A stretch of 63,931 nt of DNA, the filler included, from Rhabdomonas costata (lineage: Eukaryota): NCBI GenBank assembly GCA_019059605.1. It is 46 parts of 46 records of this genome, joined end to end, with 100 filler letters (N's around TTAATTAATTAA, not from the genome) between each part and the next. Parts side by side here need not be neighbours in the genome. Positions count along the whole stretch, not along the records: positions 1 to 1,293 come from JAHMHO010020409.1; positions 1,394 to 2,685 come from JAHMHO010020410.1; positions 2,786 to 4,077 come from JAHMHO010020411.1; positions 4,178 to 5,469 come from JAHMHO010020412.1; positions 5,570 to 6,861 come from JAHMHO010020413.1; positions 6,962 to 8,256 come from JAHMHO010020414.1; positions 8,357 to 9,648 come from JAHMHO010020415.1; positions 9,749 to 11,040 come from JAHMHO010020416.1; 38 more parts are not named here. One strand, given 5' to 3'. Of the stretch, positions 1 through 11,411 are shown one piece after another (positions within the stretch are counted from its first letter, which is position 1; the number at the start of each line of letters is the position of its first letter). The translations under genes were made by a program, and so were the position numbers. The notes under the pieces are model-generated. The model did not search any database, was not told where the DNA came from, and worked only from the letters and a program-made list of their open reading frames with translations.

Positions 1-1393
1 GGATCACCCCAGTGAAGGGAAAGCTGTGGCGGCTGCAACCTGCCCGGCGGACCTGAGGGGTCACCACAAAAGAGAAAGGCAACCCACCGAAGACGGCTCT
101 CATGTAGCTTTCTAAATTGCTCGCCTCCTTTGGCTGCGTGCAACGGGCACCGACTCAAAATGAAGGGGGGCTACTCGAAGTCCACTCTGCACTATTGTCA
201 CACTTGCTCACGTATCACGCTCACCACAAATGAGTGCCCAGGCTCAACTCCAAAGTTCCGAGTAGAGACTGCTGTTCTGTTCGTCTTTCGATGTCGTACA
301 CCTTAGTTTGATGATGAAGCCATGAAAACCTACAGTGCTGGGACAAATTCCGTAGAACAGAGCAGGTGGGTGGGTGGAGCAGCACCGTAAGTTGGGAGAG
401 GTCGTTTGCCAAAAAGAACAATGCGATAACGGTATTGACGGTCTGCGCAGCCACAGGGCTAAGCCGAAGCAGGCCTGGGAACTTTTGTATGACCACAGCA
501 GGCTTTCCGAAATGGTGCGAGGTCAGTCCTTTCACCCTCGTCCGGTTGCGGTGCCCCTCATGGGCTCTTTCGTATTTTGCGCCGCTTCTCATCCAAACAA
601 ATCGCAATCGGAGTATCCGCAGACACTTCACTGTGCTGTATCATCTCCATGAATTCGCACCAAGGATCAAAAACACTTCAGCACACAAGCAGGCAGACCG
701 GACCTCCCACTCCACTGCATCATCCACAAGCAGCTCCACCGCCTCCACCTCCTGCAGGAGACGAGCGTAGTGCTTCCGCTCCGAGGCTCCCACAGTGACC
801 CCCAAGGCAGCCTGATAACCAGATCACAGCTCACGCAGTCCCAGATGATTGTCACACTTCGTAAGATGCTTCAGACTTACGCGCAAGAGCAAAGGTCTCA
901 CTGAAATCTTGAGATTTCAGTGAAATTCCGGAAATGTGCGAACGTCGGAAGGAGCGGAGGCTTTTGGCAAACTCTTTCACCCAACAGAGCCCACTTCGAA
1001 TGTGAAACGGCTCTGACATTTTATCATTCTCACAGCAGAGAGAGAGGAAACTGGTGGAATGTCTCACCATCCAGACTGCTGCACGAGAGGAAGTCGGTAC
1101 TCCTCGCTTGCAGAAGTGCCGCAGCTCAATGGTGTTCCCCTAAAAGCAAACACGAGTAGAAGATGGAGCCACTCTCCCCACTTTCCATCGACACAACGGT
1201 TACGTAACCAGTTGATTCAGGACCTATCGGGCCCAAAGCGGACGTCATTCAACCCACAACCCAAACCCCAACAACCCACACACACCCACCACANNNNNNN
1301 NNNNNNNNNNNNNNNNNNNNNNNNNNNNNNNNNNNNNTTAATTAATTAANNNNNNNNNNNNNNNNNNNNNNNNNNNNNNNNNNNNNNNNNNNN

Positions 1394-1735
1394 TGTGGTG
1401 GTGAGAGCGACGATGAAAGTGATGATTATCAAGTTTGTTCAGTCAATTAGCTTTTTTTGTTCGTTTTTTCATGTCTCGAAATTTCTGACGAAAAAAGGCT
1501 CGAAGAAATCGTATTTGAATCATTCTAAAACACTTCAATTATTATTATTGTGTATTAACCAACCCCAAAGGCTGATGATCTTGCTGATGGAGGCGATTGT
1601 TTCTTCTCACCCCTCCCAAGGATGCAAACCCGCGTCAAATGGCTGTTGGAATGGGCGGAGCTGAGCCTCGAGCAACGGGCGGGCTTGCGGGACGTGAAGC
1701 GGGTGAAGGGGGCCGAAATTAAGGAGCTAGCTTGA
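1394..1735 (+). CDS. 3' end of an unknown spliced gene (2 exons)
   Basis: Exon to 1432 (ESDDESDDYQ|gtttgt) joins in phase 0 to aag|1571-1735 (ADDLADGG...RVKWLLEWAELSLEQRAGLRDVKRVKGAEIKELA*). No family recognised. Confidence 0.45.
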
Positions 1736-2075
1736 CGGAGTTGGTGGCCATGCCTGCGAAAAACTGGCCCCGTTTGTAGAGGCCAGTACGCTGCAAGTAT
1801 GGAGGACTTGGCCTCCCTCCCTGAACCACAACTGTTGACTGATGGCTGAACCGCAATTCCTGTAGCGCCTTGGGCGATTTTTGGCTAGCACTCCTGGGGC
1901 AGTGTTGTCTCCGCCCGATGGGGTGGCCTGGCCTGGACTCTCCGCGTTGCGCAACAAGGCCGGGAACAAGAAAACTAACCACGTTTGTCTCCCGAGGGGA
2001 TTCTCGGGGATGTTTTTCGGGTGCTGAAACGCGGTTTAAGTCTGCGTGATGCTGCAGGGTGCTCGTCTAGTTTTT

Positions 2076-2660
2076 CTATGGGCGCGCCTTGTCGAAGTTC
2101 GCAACCGAAGCACGAAACCAGTGCGAGAGGTGTCTACGCTGCCGAAGAAAACGTACAGCCTGGTGGATGGAGGCAGGAAGGCCTCCAATGCCAGGATCCG
2201 CGTACCGCAACAGTTTGGAGGCCAGCCCAGCCAGCCCGCGCAGTAAAGCAGGCGTACGTGGATCCGGCCACTCCGGCCAGGTGCTCATGTATCGGTCGGC
2301 GTCCGATACGCCAAGGTGGTCTTCACTGCGGCTTTGCTCCTCCAGTCCAGTCCTGCTCCAGGGACCGCACAACCATGGGCAGCACCTTGACACCAGTCCC
2401 AGCCTGCGCCTCAAAAAGGTCGTCGTGCTTGAGGTCCCACGCACAGGCCGCGAGCAGCTGCACAGCCGTGATCTCCCAGTAATGGTTAGAGGACGGGCCC
2501 GCGATGAACGCCCGACTTTCCATCCTTGGAGATCGCGAAGCACGGCTGTCTACGTGTGGAGCACTGAGACGTCTGAAGCCAGTATTCCACAGCCTCAGCA
2601 CTGCTCGAGGCGTGTTCAGGAAGCAGTCCGTAACATCGTACTCCTCGCAGCCCCACCATC
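2076..2660 (-). mobile_element. Degenerate, frameshifted reverse-transcriptase relic, possibly Penelope-like
   Basis: Frames stitch to EEYDVTDCFLNTPR/EAVEYWLQ...FAISKDGK/HYWEITAVQLLAACAWDLKHDDLF.../WPEWPDPRTPALLRGLAGLASKLLRYA...AVRFLRQR. YDVxxCFxNxP resembles RT motif A and the end resembles a PLE thumb. The GxPxG and YxDD core appear deleted. Confidence 0.55.
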
Positions 2661-2935
2661 CATTTGTGGGGCTGACCCACAACACNNNNNNNNNNNNNNN
2701 NNNNNNNNNNNNNNNNNNNNNNNNNNNNNTTAATTAATTAANNNNNNNNNNNNNNNNNNNNNNNNNNNNNNNNNNNNNNNNNNNNGGTTTGGTTGCACCT
2801 CCTCCCCAACTAAAAGGAAGGTTTTCGACCGAAAAAAGTCTTTCCCATCCCGAACGTTTGCTTGTTGGGGGTGGGGAATGTTGCCGAGCGGCAGCATGGA
2901 TGGCTGTGCTCGGGTGGTGGTGACATCTTTTTTAG

Positions 2936-3730
2936 GGGTGAGGCCACGGGCAACTCGAACCCGCACCCGCACTGCCAGATTTACGCCGTGAACTTTGTGT
3001 TTCGGACAATTGCGGAGGAAGCGGAGGCCCAACAGGCGCACCTCCGTGCCACACAACGTGAGCTTTTCCAGGACATAATTGCCGCAGAAAAAGAGGTTTT
3101 CTTGTTTGACTTAGGGATGGTTCTGTCTACTCGCTCCGGAGGTGGTGGGTACTCGTTATCTTTTGCCTATTGCTGAGACTTGGACGACCCATTTGCTTGA
3201 ATGAAGAGGCTTCGGTTTCCGTTTGCTGTCGTGGGGTTTCCCTGCTGTGCTGTGACATTGCCTCCGCCAATACCCAATAGCACTTGACATGCCGCCGCAG
3301 AATTGCTGTTTTCCAGGACGTGATAGTTGTTTCCTGTGTTTATGTTCGGGGAGTGGGAATTGCTGTCGTTGCGGCTGAACGAAAATGAAACTCTTGAGGC
3401 CCAGCGGCCTGGTCACGTGGGATGATGTTGTGGGGTTGCTAGCTTGTCATGGCTCTGTCACCCAAACACACATTCGGAGTCGTAAATTTGAACTCCCTTC
3501 TGCAGGACGGGCGGCGCATTCTGGCCGAGAATGCCTCAGCGGTGTCGTTTATTCCGTACTTCGCTCGGCTTCCCTATGAGGTCTACGTGTGCCCCAAGGC
3601 CACCCACCCCAATCTCGGCACCCTGAGCGATGCCGAGCAGCTTGAGCTGGCAGAAGTCCTGAGGCAGACTCTCACTCGGCTAGACAATCTTTGGCAGTGC
3701 AGCTTTCCCTACATCATGCTGCTGCACCAA
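2936..3730 (+). CDS. GALT: Galactose-1-phosphate uridylyltransferase, internal fragment (2 exons)
   Basis: Exons 2936-3095 ([22 protein letters not shown], catalytic HPHxQ) and 3506-3730 (DGRRILAEN...[15 protein letters not shown]...[17 protein letters not shown]), joined by a phase-0 GT-AG intron. Confidence 0.93.
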
Positions 3731-4185
3731 GTTCCTGAGGGACCAGGTTCGCGAGATGAAAGGAGTTAAATGGAAAGATTTATATTCTCCCCATGATCGG
3801 CCCCATAATGCTCGTCAGGTGTTCAGCAGAGAGCGAAACTTGCAATGCACAGAAGCAGAGCGCGCGGGCCAACCAAAACCACAAAAAGGAAACAATAAAA
3901 TACAGATGAACGTGACAAATGCAAACAAGTAAGGAAGAAATCCAATCACAGAGGACGAGCGAATGGAAGACACGAATGAGAGCAAAACAATTGGGCTTTT
4001 TATTTTCTTTGGAGAGGGGGGCGTTAAACGCCGTTAAACGTCTATCACCGTTAAACAGCAAAAATCAAGACCCCCCCNNNNNNNNNNNNNNNNNNNNNNN
4101 NNNNNNNNNNNNNNNNNNNNNTTAATTAATTAANNNNNNNNNNNNNNNNNNNNNNNNNNNNNNNNNNNNNNNNNNNNGGTTGGGG

Positions 4186-5105
4186 TTACAGACAATCTTT
4201 TGCCGTGGGGTAAACATCGGAGAAAACCCACGAAACATCTGTCACGCGGTTATTGGCGGTAGCCGCGGCGAGGACTGGAGAAGACCTCTCGGGAAGCCCG
4301 TCAGCTGTGTCCTGAAGTGGGCCTAAATGCAGTTCCTCGGTTTCGGTTGCGGAGACAACACCAGCGAAGCCACCAGTACTGTCGAGAAAACTGGCCGACG
4401 GGGCCACCATCGAGGAAACAGATAGGGTGGTATCCACCGCTTCCTCTGCCGGGGTTTCCACAGTGTACATACCACAACCTGACTTTTTCTCCGCCACAGT
4501 GTGCTCACCCGTATCCGAAAAGCCCAATGAATCGTCCCAAGCCTGGTACTCAGAGTCCAAGCTCCCAGGCAGGATCGTCCCAGAAGACCCATCCCCTGCG
4601 CCCAGAAGACCCACCTCCTGATCAGCAATGAAGTCAGCATGAGGAAAGGCCAATAGGGCGCCAGTAATCATTTTTGAGTTTTGTTGTGCCAGAGGAATGG
4701 AAGAGGGCTCCGGAAGGGCATCGAAATCGTACCGAAAAGTGACTCCAGTGGGGTCCGGGCCTTCCTCCATCACACTTTTCGATGGAATATCAGCACTACT
4801 GAGACCCGACAGTGGCCTAGGAGAACCGCCTTGAGGGCAAAGTTCTGAAGAGGAGCAAGTATGCTCCAAATGAACGTCGCCGCAGGTATCCAGTGCGCTT
4901 TCCTCTGTGCACGATGGCATCGCCGCAAAGGGAAGGTTGTTGGGCAAAAGAGGTTCATTGGAGGGGTCCACCGGTGTTGAGGAGGGGAAAGGGGACAAGG
5001 TGTTCCGATATGGTTCGGCACGACAAGGAGGACAGGCAGGTTTTTCAGCTCTTTCCCTGAAGAACCAGGCCAACAAAGCCTCACGGACGTCACCAGACTC
5101 TGAGC
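4186..5105 (-). CDS. Long exon of an unknown Ser/Pro/acidic low-complexity protein
   Basis: About 300 open codons after a plausible acceptor (...gggattag). Disordered-type composition; no domain recognised. Confidence 0.5.
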
Positions 5106-5642
5106 TAATCCCACAAGACAAGAGGGGGCACCGTATAGCTATTCAAACTGCCCAATAGCAAAGAAATGCCACAAGGGAGTTATTCTTTTCTTAAAGTCAT
5201 ACTTTCATGCCTCATCGTTTCTCAAATACTGTGTCAGGTCAATCACCCTCATTTATTCATCAAGAATGTATCACGAAGGGTCACATTTGCACATGGACAC
5301 ACAAGTGAGATGCAATTTACAAGAGAGACAGACACCCACACCAACACTCATACCCAGACCCTCATCCATACCCACCCACCCACTTACCACAAATGTTCAG
5401 TGTCGCGCCAAAATTGTGTTCATTATTTGCCTCACTAACTGCTCTGCTTGATAGAAACCAGAAACCAAANNNNNNNNNNNNNNNNNNNNNNNNNNNNNNN
5501 NNNNNNNNNNNNNTTAATTAATTAANNNNNNNNNNNNNNNNNNNNNNNNNNNNNNNNNNNNNNNNNNNNGTGTGTGGGGGTGCTGGCGGTGGTGGGTGAG
5601 GTAATGGGGAAGGACAGTGGCATCGCGGCCCCCTTTGCGCAC

Positions 5643-6770
5643 CCCACGGCGTGACACACCGAGGAGCACTTGTGGTTCGCCAGGAATGCGGAGATCCCTG
5701 CGGACATGGAAAAGTGGTCAGTTGTCTAGGGGCCGAATCTGAAATGCAAGTTCCTTTCCCCCGGGCTTGAAGTGAGCGTGGATGAAGTCTGCCGCAAAAA
5801 TCCTTGCTTCCCTCTAGGGCTACATCAGTTGCTCTCGCCACGCCGAGCTCATCCATCCCAAGCCTTAAACTTCAAACACAACCAAACGATAGCCGTAGGA
5901 CAGCCACAGGGCATGAAATCGACGGCAGGGGATCGTAACAATTTTTTCTTGCGAAATTCTCATCAGCAGTCGTTTTCAAGTATTTTCTGAAACGAATCAC
6001 CCTTGGATGAAAGTCAAAAACTGGTTTCGGAGCATTTGAGTCCTTCCATGCTTTGCAGGAAAAGATCGCACCGAGCGTTTTATTCCGCCCCCAGAAAAGC
6101 TCATTTCCAAGATGACCCACAATAATACCCCAGAGCAGTGAACCCACCACCAAACCCACGGTCTTGAACCCCGCGCAAATGCCCTGCTGTTTGGGGCAGA
6201 AAGCAGCGCACCCGTCATCCCGGTGTCCGTGTAGCCGTGTCTGCCCTGCATGGTGCTGACGACCGCTGGGTCAGTGTAAGTCTCTCCCACACCCTGGATC
6301 TGTGTACACCAAACGACAGACACGCACACACAGTTAAAAAGCTATACGGCAAAAAAAAAAGACACAGCCCAGGCACGAGCTCATCGCGAATAAATAGGAT
6401 GCACTCGAATACGCGGGAAGGTCATCCCAAGCCAAGCCAGTATTCTTAGTGCGTTTTATTTCCCATGTGTGCCCGCCCCATCTTTCACTTGCTCACTTTA
6501 ATCTCGGTTCTCGATCCTCCCGACATCGGGTGCCCCCGATAGGTTGCGGAGGTATATTAACGGGCTGCATTCATACCGCCGACATTGCCCACCCGCACGG
6601 GGACGGGGGGGCGTGAAAAAAGGGACAGCGCAGCGTACGTCCAGAATCATCAGGGAATGCCCGGATTCCTCGTAGGTGAAGTGGGAGAAAGCCGAGGGGG
6701 TGTCCTGACCAGACTCCATCATGCCGAAGATGTTGTTGTGCTTCTGCCAGGTGCCCTGCAGGTACTCCTC
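5643..6770 (-). CDS. Alpha-kinase (eEF2K/myosin heavy chain kinase family), C-terminal fragment (3 exons)
   Basis: Exons ~6770-6639, 6299-6212 and 5697-5643 splice GT-AG in frame to EEYLQGTWQKHNNIFG...AFSHFTYEESGHSLMILD|IQGVGETYTDP...G|ISAFLANHKCSSVC, matching the FSHFT, DIQG, TDP and HxCxxxC motifs. Confidence 0.92.
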
Positions 6771-7022
6771 CAGGGCACCTGGCAGAAGCACAACAACATC
6801 TTCGGCATGATGGAGTCTGGTCAGGACACCCCCTCGGCTTTCTCCCACTTCACCAACAAACNNNNNNNNNNNNNNNNNNNNNNNNNNNNNNNNNNNNNNN
6901 NNNNNTTAATTAATTAANNNNNNNNNNNNNNNNNNNNNNNNNNNNNNNNNNNNNNNNNNNNGTTTTTGTGTGCGAGAAGAAAAAACAAAAAAGAAAGGCA
7001 AAGCGGGAATGACTGCACACAC

Positions 7023-8049
7023 CATGGTGCGAAGCTCCTCCAGCTTGGCCTCCACCTTAGTCAACATTCCTGTGGAAGACGGATGGCCAACGTAGAGGGT
7101 TTAGGTAGGAGACGGAGACCCGACCAGCGGGTACAACAAAGTTTTTGATACTGCCAAGGGATGGAGTTGGAGGATGAGCCACCATTCGTTTCGGATGGAT
7201 TCCGTACCAAGACTTAGTAACCCAGTGACTTCTCCAAGGTTCCGGGATTCCTGACAACACGTGCACAGGTAGAGAAGGAGGCCAAAGGGTGCTTTTGGAA
7301 TCCCCTCATAACTCCAAAAAAAAGGCTCACGCACACGTTAACTGGCACAAGAGACTGGTGGCGGTTGCCAGCACAACGGAAACCAAACCAAACCAAATGT
7401 TATTCATCTCAGGTTGTGGTGACATGTGGACGTTTCCAGATTTCTATTCTTTTTCTTTGAGTTGGCAATTGCTTTCTCGCCGCAACCCGACAACACACAC
7501 CCACACCCATACACACCCAGGGGGCTGATGTTAGCATCATTGTCACCAAACCCGCTGTCCTTGAAGATCGCGTTGACCTTGGCCTGAATCGCGTCGTTTA
7601 GCTCGACCTGCGACCGGGCATCCCGGCTCTGCGCCGTGCGCTGCAGCAGGGCCTTCTTTTTCGCTTCCTGAAATAGCCACCCCCCAACGCACGCGAATCT
7701 AACACCTCCGCTCAACATGGCCTTCATCCGTTACCAGTGCGATTTGCATTATGGCATGCACAATTACAAGCCCAGACCACGAGATACCGGAGTGTGCCTT
7801 TCGGGACGTTGGCATCAGCAAACCCCCCGCCAATGCTCCCTCAGACATGCCGAGCACATGAATAACCCACAAAAAAAGATTAGGTGGATGGTCGGTGAAT
7901 GAAAGCTCGCGGGCAACACATGACACCTCCACGGCGATCTTCTGGCGGATCTGCTCGATCTGCACTTTCAGGTTGCCTGCCTCCTCGTCCATGTGCACCT
8001 TGTCCTCGGTGAACTTCGTCTTCATGTCCTCCAGGCTTTCCTCCGTCTC
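7023..8049 (-). CDS. CFAP100/CCDC38-like flagellar coiled-coil protein fragment (3 exons)
   Basis: Exons 8049-7927, 7667-7517 and 7069-7023 join in frame: ETEESLEDMK...KVNAIFKDSGFGDNDANISPLGMLTKVEAKLEEL, like the family's QETEE and MLTxIExxLEEL segments. Confidence 0.7.
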
Positions 8050-8197
8050 CTGTGTGCACGTGCGTTGACCACATAACGTACCGGCTGAGTGTATGTGGTT
8101 TTGGTTTTGTGATTTTCCGTGGTCTTTTCCCCGCGGAAAGGACTAAAACAAAGTGTGTGTGTGCTTCCAAAAGGTGTGTGTGTCTGCTTCCAAAAGG

Positions 8198-8223
8198 TGT
8201 GTGTGTGTGTGTGTGTGTGTGTG
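8198..8223 (+). repeat. (GT)n microsatellite; similar tracts at ~27588-27624, 36956-36980, 51277-51324 and 56295-56323, plus (GA)n at ~61448-61470
   Basis: Seen directly, mostly in introns. Confidence 0.95.
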
Positions 8224-8636
8224 AGTTGGGCGCATTTTGGAAGCAGACACCCACACNNNNNNNNNNNNNNNNNNNNNNNNNNNNNNNNNNNNNNNNNNNN
8301 TTAATTAATTAANNNNNNNNNNNNNNNNNNNNNNNNNNNNNNNNNNNNNNNNNNNNAGACAAGGAAGACCAGCTGCAAGGCATTCGCGAAGAAGGGGCGG
8401 AGTGTAGGGGTGCGGGGTGCGTTTATTTGCGGGGCGCAATTATTGTTCCTAAGGTGTGAGAGAAGCCCCTGAGTATCAGAACGAAGCAGTAGCCCTGTAG
8501 CCCCTCCCTAGGCTTTCCGCGGCGAAACACAGAGGCTTTTGGAAGGAGCCTGTGCAAGTCAACGGCTGTGAACGAATCATACGAATTGCTGCTCACTGAG
8601 GTTCCTCGGTGTTGAAAGGACAACGGGCAAGAGGAC

Positions 8637-9606
8637 CTGACCATTTGCCCCACCCCCGCCCTGGAATGATTGGGTCCACCATCACGTCACGCGTCCTGTA
8701 ATTGGATTCTACCCGAACTTCATTCCCAGCTTGTTGGCGGCCGAGGTGCACACAAGACTGTGGATGAATGCGAACGAGGAATCGGCGTTACAGCTGCGCT
8801 GGTTGGTTCGCGGTGAATATCTTTTTCTTTTTCAATGCAAAAGGACCAAAAGTTGAAAGCTACTATTTTCATTTTTTGATGTCGCATTTTTCCGTTGCAC
8901 GCGTCGTGTCGCAATCTCCCTCCCAGAGACTCAAACCTGCGGCCTTGCATTGGCCACATCGAGGTCGTGCAGAGTGACGTCTTGGACAAGCTCCTTCTTC
9001 TTGTGGACGTCCCCTGCGATTGAAAGGTGGGGGACGAGCCCATGATGCGCGTGAGTATAGATATGGCCTCCGCAAAGGTCAGAAAGCAGCCAGAAAAAAG
9101 GAGCTTCGAAGAGTTTTTCCACCTCCAAACCCTCTGTGTACAAATCCGCGTCATCTCAGCAGTAAGACATGGCTAGGCAAACAAAAAACAGGCCGCTTAA
9201 GAAATGCAAGCATGTCCATAAGCAGTTTTTTCACTGTTTTGTGATTTTTTGTGGTGATATATCATTGCTCCTTGTGCATCAGGGTCATGGTCGGAGTTCC
9301 TTGACGAGTCATCATCAATCACACAAGAATATTTCCACAACATTCATTGTCACGTGGTTCGCCCAAGCTTGACTGGTTCACAAGCAGGTGCTCAAGGAAC
9401 GGGCTTGTGGGCCCTTCACAACGAAGAAGCGGAAACCCGCCGTGGTGGCGGGGAATACGAGGAAGTACGTGCCCACCGCGGGCAATGACAATCAAAACGC
9501 CGTCGGCCTCTGCTGAAAAATATGACAGCAAACCTTTGGGGAGCGGAACGTACTCTTCAGCCTCCAGGTCCACCTCCTGGGCATAGGCGTCGGAGCGGCC
9601 AACCCG
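8637..9606 (-). CDS. RUVBL1: RuvB-like 1 (pontin) fragment (3 exons)
   Basis: Exons 9606-9534 ([25 protein letters not shown]), 9013-8937 ([25 protein letters not shown]) and a probable 24-nt exon 8660-8637 (GGGGANGQ). Confidence 0.95.
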
Positions 9607-9811
9607 CTGCAAAGAAGAAGCCCGAACATTGGAAAAGGATGAAGGGCANNNNNNNNNNNNNNNNNNNNNNNNNNNNNNNNNNNNNNNNNNNNTTAATTAA
9701 TTAANNNNNNNNNNNNNNNNNNNNNNNNNNNNNNNNNNNNNNNNNNNNGGGTGGTTGTCTGTGCGGAGCACGTATGAAGGTGGGCTGGTCTTGCAGGTCT
9801 CCTGTATGCAC

Positions 9812-11035
9812 TGGCCGGGGCTGAGCTCCAGGACGTCCCACAAGGTGAACGTGCGCCCTTCCAGCGGGTCGGCCGGGGCGTCAGCAGCGGCAGAGTCCCC
9901 GTGGCCCTCCACGCCCCCGCCCTCCAGGTAGGGCACTCGAGGAGCCTCTCTTGGCTCCGAAGGCAGCACCAAGGGAAGGGCCAGGTTCATGAACACGTTA
10001 CGCAGCCGGCACAGTCTGCAGGGGGCCCACAAAATTTCTCAAGGGCTTGCGAACATCCCCTTGTCCTCAGTTGCTTTTTGCTGTCTTTTTGTTTATCGTA
10101 TACGTCGTTAACTGTGCTACATGGTTCTCGGTGCGCGCATTCCAGTGTGCGAGCTTTTTGAAATTGTGAAGATGGGGTGAAACTCCCAAAGCAAGCCCAA
10201 GGGAGGGAGAGGAGGGACACCCCTGAGCCTGCGTAAACCAAGCCTAATGTCAGACATCCACCCCAAATTGTGAACATTCCAAGGTTTAATAAAACCCGCC
10301 TGCCCAGTTCTTACCCGATCATAGGCTTGTGAGCAGCTGGATGTCCCCGTTTGGGTTCCAAAGTGATCCAAACAAGAAATGTGAAACGTGGAAGATTCCA
10401 GAGCTCACCGCACTAAGGCAGACAATGTTTGACATTCAGACTCCAGGATATTACCGGCAGTTCAGGAAGGATTGGTGGCATACGGCTTGCGTTGGGTCAA
10501 GGCGAGGAGCTGCAGGCAGGTGAAGCCCGTGATCGCGGCAGTGGTCGTAACTAGCGCAGGGATGATGCGCCCACTGACCCGCTTCACGTAAAGCCGGTCC
10601 GCCTGAGGGCCCCGCGGAGTCATTCAGTGAACGCAGAAAAATGCGTGGGCGGAAACAGATCGTTAGATCGTTGACAGGAAATGGGGGAAACGATCGTCCA
10701 AAATGGCACGGCCCATCGCTCAGCTTTGTGTTTTAAAACGAGTTCTCTCCAATAAGGAATCGATACATCAACATGTCCAAAACGCACAGGTGCATGTAAC
10801 GGCAGGGGTTCTGACCACTGATCGAATACTATCACCAACAAAGCAATTCCATGAGCACGTTAGCGAGTCTGTGTGCGCGTGTGGGGTGTGGGAGAAGGAC
10901 AGGGGGGGCTCTGCAGTACTCAGGAATGTCACAGCTTCTGGCGCGCAAATTTTCATTGGAGGCGACCAGGTCGACGTGAAGTTCGTCACTCTTCTCAAAG
11001 GAAATCGCACAGGCCTTGGCCAAGTGCTCACCCCA
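9812..11035 (-). CDS. Ubiquitin-activating enzyme E1 (UBA1/UBA6-like), C-terminal fragment (3 exons)
   Basis: ISFEKSDELHVDLVASNENLRARSCDIPE, then 10602-10484 ADRLYVKRVSGRIIPALVTTTAAITGFTCLQL, then 10015-~9812 RNVFMNLALPLVLPSEP...FTLWD. The first junction is ambiguous (see findings). Confidence 0.9.
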
Positions 11036-11140
11036 CAACCNNNNNNNNNNNNNNNNNNNNNNNNNNNNNNNNNNNNNNNNNNNNTTAATTAATTAANNNN
11101 NNNNNNNNNNNNNNNNNNNNNNNNNNNNNNNNNNNNNNNN

Positions 11141-11411
11141 AGCGAGACTGCAAAGGAAGAGTGGGGTTTATTCTCCCAAACTTTTCCTTTCTGTGCACAG
11201 TTTTCAGTAAAAGGGAACGGAGGTGTTGGACGCGGTATGTAGGGTGGAGCCTCCTCCCCTCCTCCCTCCTCGCCCACTCGTGGTTTAAAGATTGCGGTTA
11301 AGGAATCGCATCCGCGGGTTTCCCTTTTCCACGTTCGAGCGAGGCTGCAAAGGGAGAGTGGGGTTCATTCTCCCGAACTTTTCCTTTCTGTGCACAGTAT
11401 TCGGTAAAAGG
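11141..11411 (+). repeat. Imperfect ~74-bp direct repeat (11141-11214 and 11338-11411)
   Basis: agcgagactgcaaaggaagagtggggtttattctcccaaacttttcctttctgtgcacag... recurs 197 nt later with a few substitutions. Confidence 0.9.

Noticed and set aside
1-1293. Coding-like, GC-balanced contig, possibly a decayed mobile element
   Set aside because: No recognisable motif in the frames examined; left unassigned.
1250-1403. G/T-rich contig starts and A/C-rich contig ends resembling telomeres or nanochromosome ends
   Set aside because: There is no fixed repeat unit, the polarity is opposite to telomeres (3' ends are A/C-rich), and genes are cut mid-exon. Low-quality read tails explain it best.
6585-6917. 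Second alpha-kinase copy on the + strand
   Set aside because: It is the fold-back duplicate of the minus-strand exon.
8052-8312. Cys/Val- or His/Thr-repeat ORFs (CVCVCV, HTHTHT) and ORFs ending XXXLIN
   Set aside because: They are translations of (GT)n microsatellites and of the spacer.
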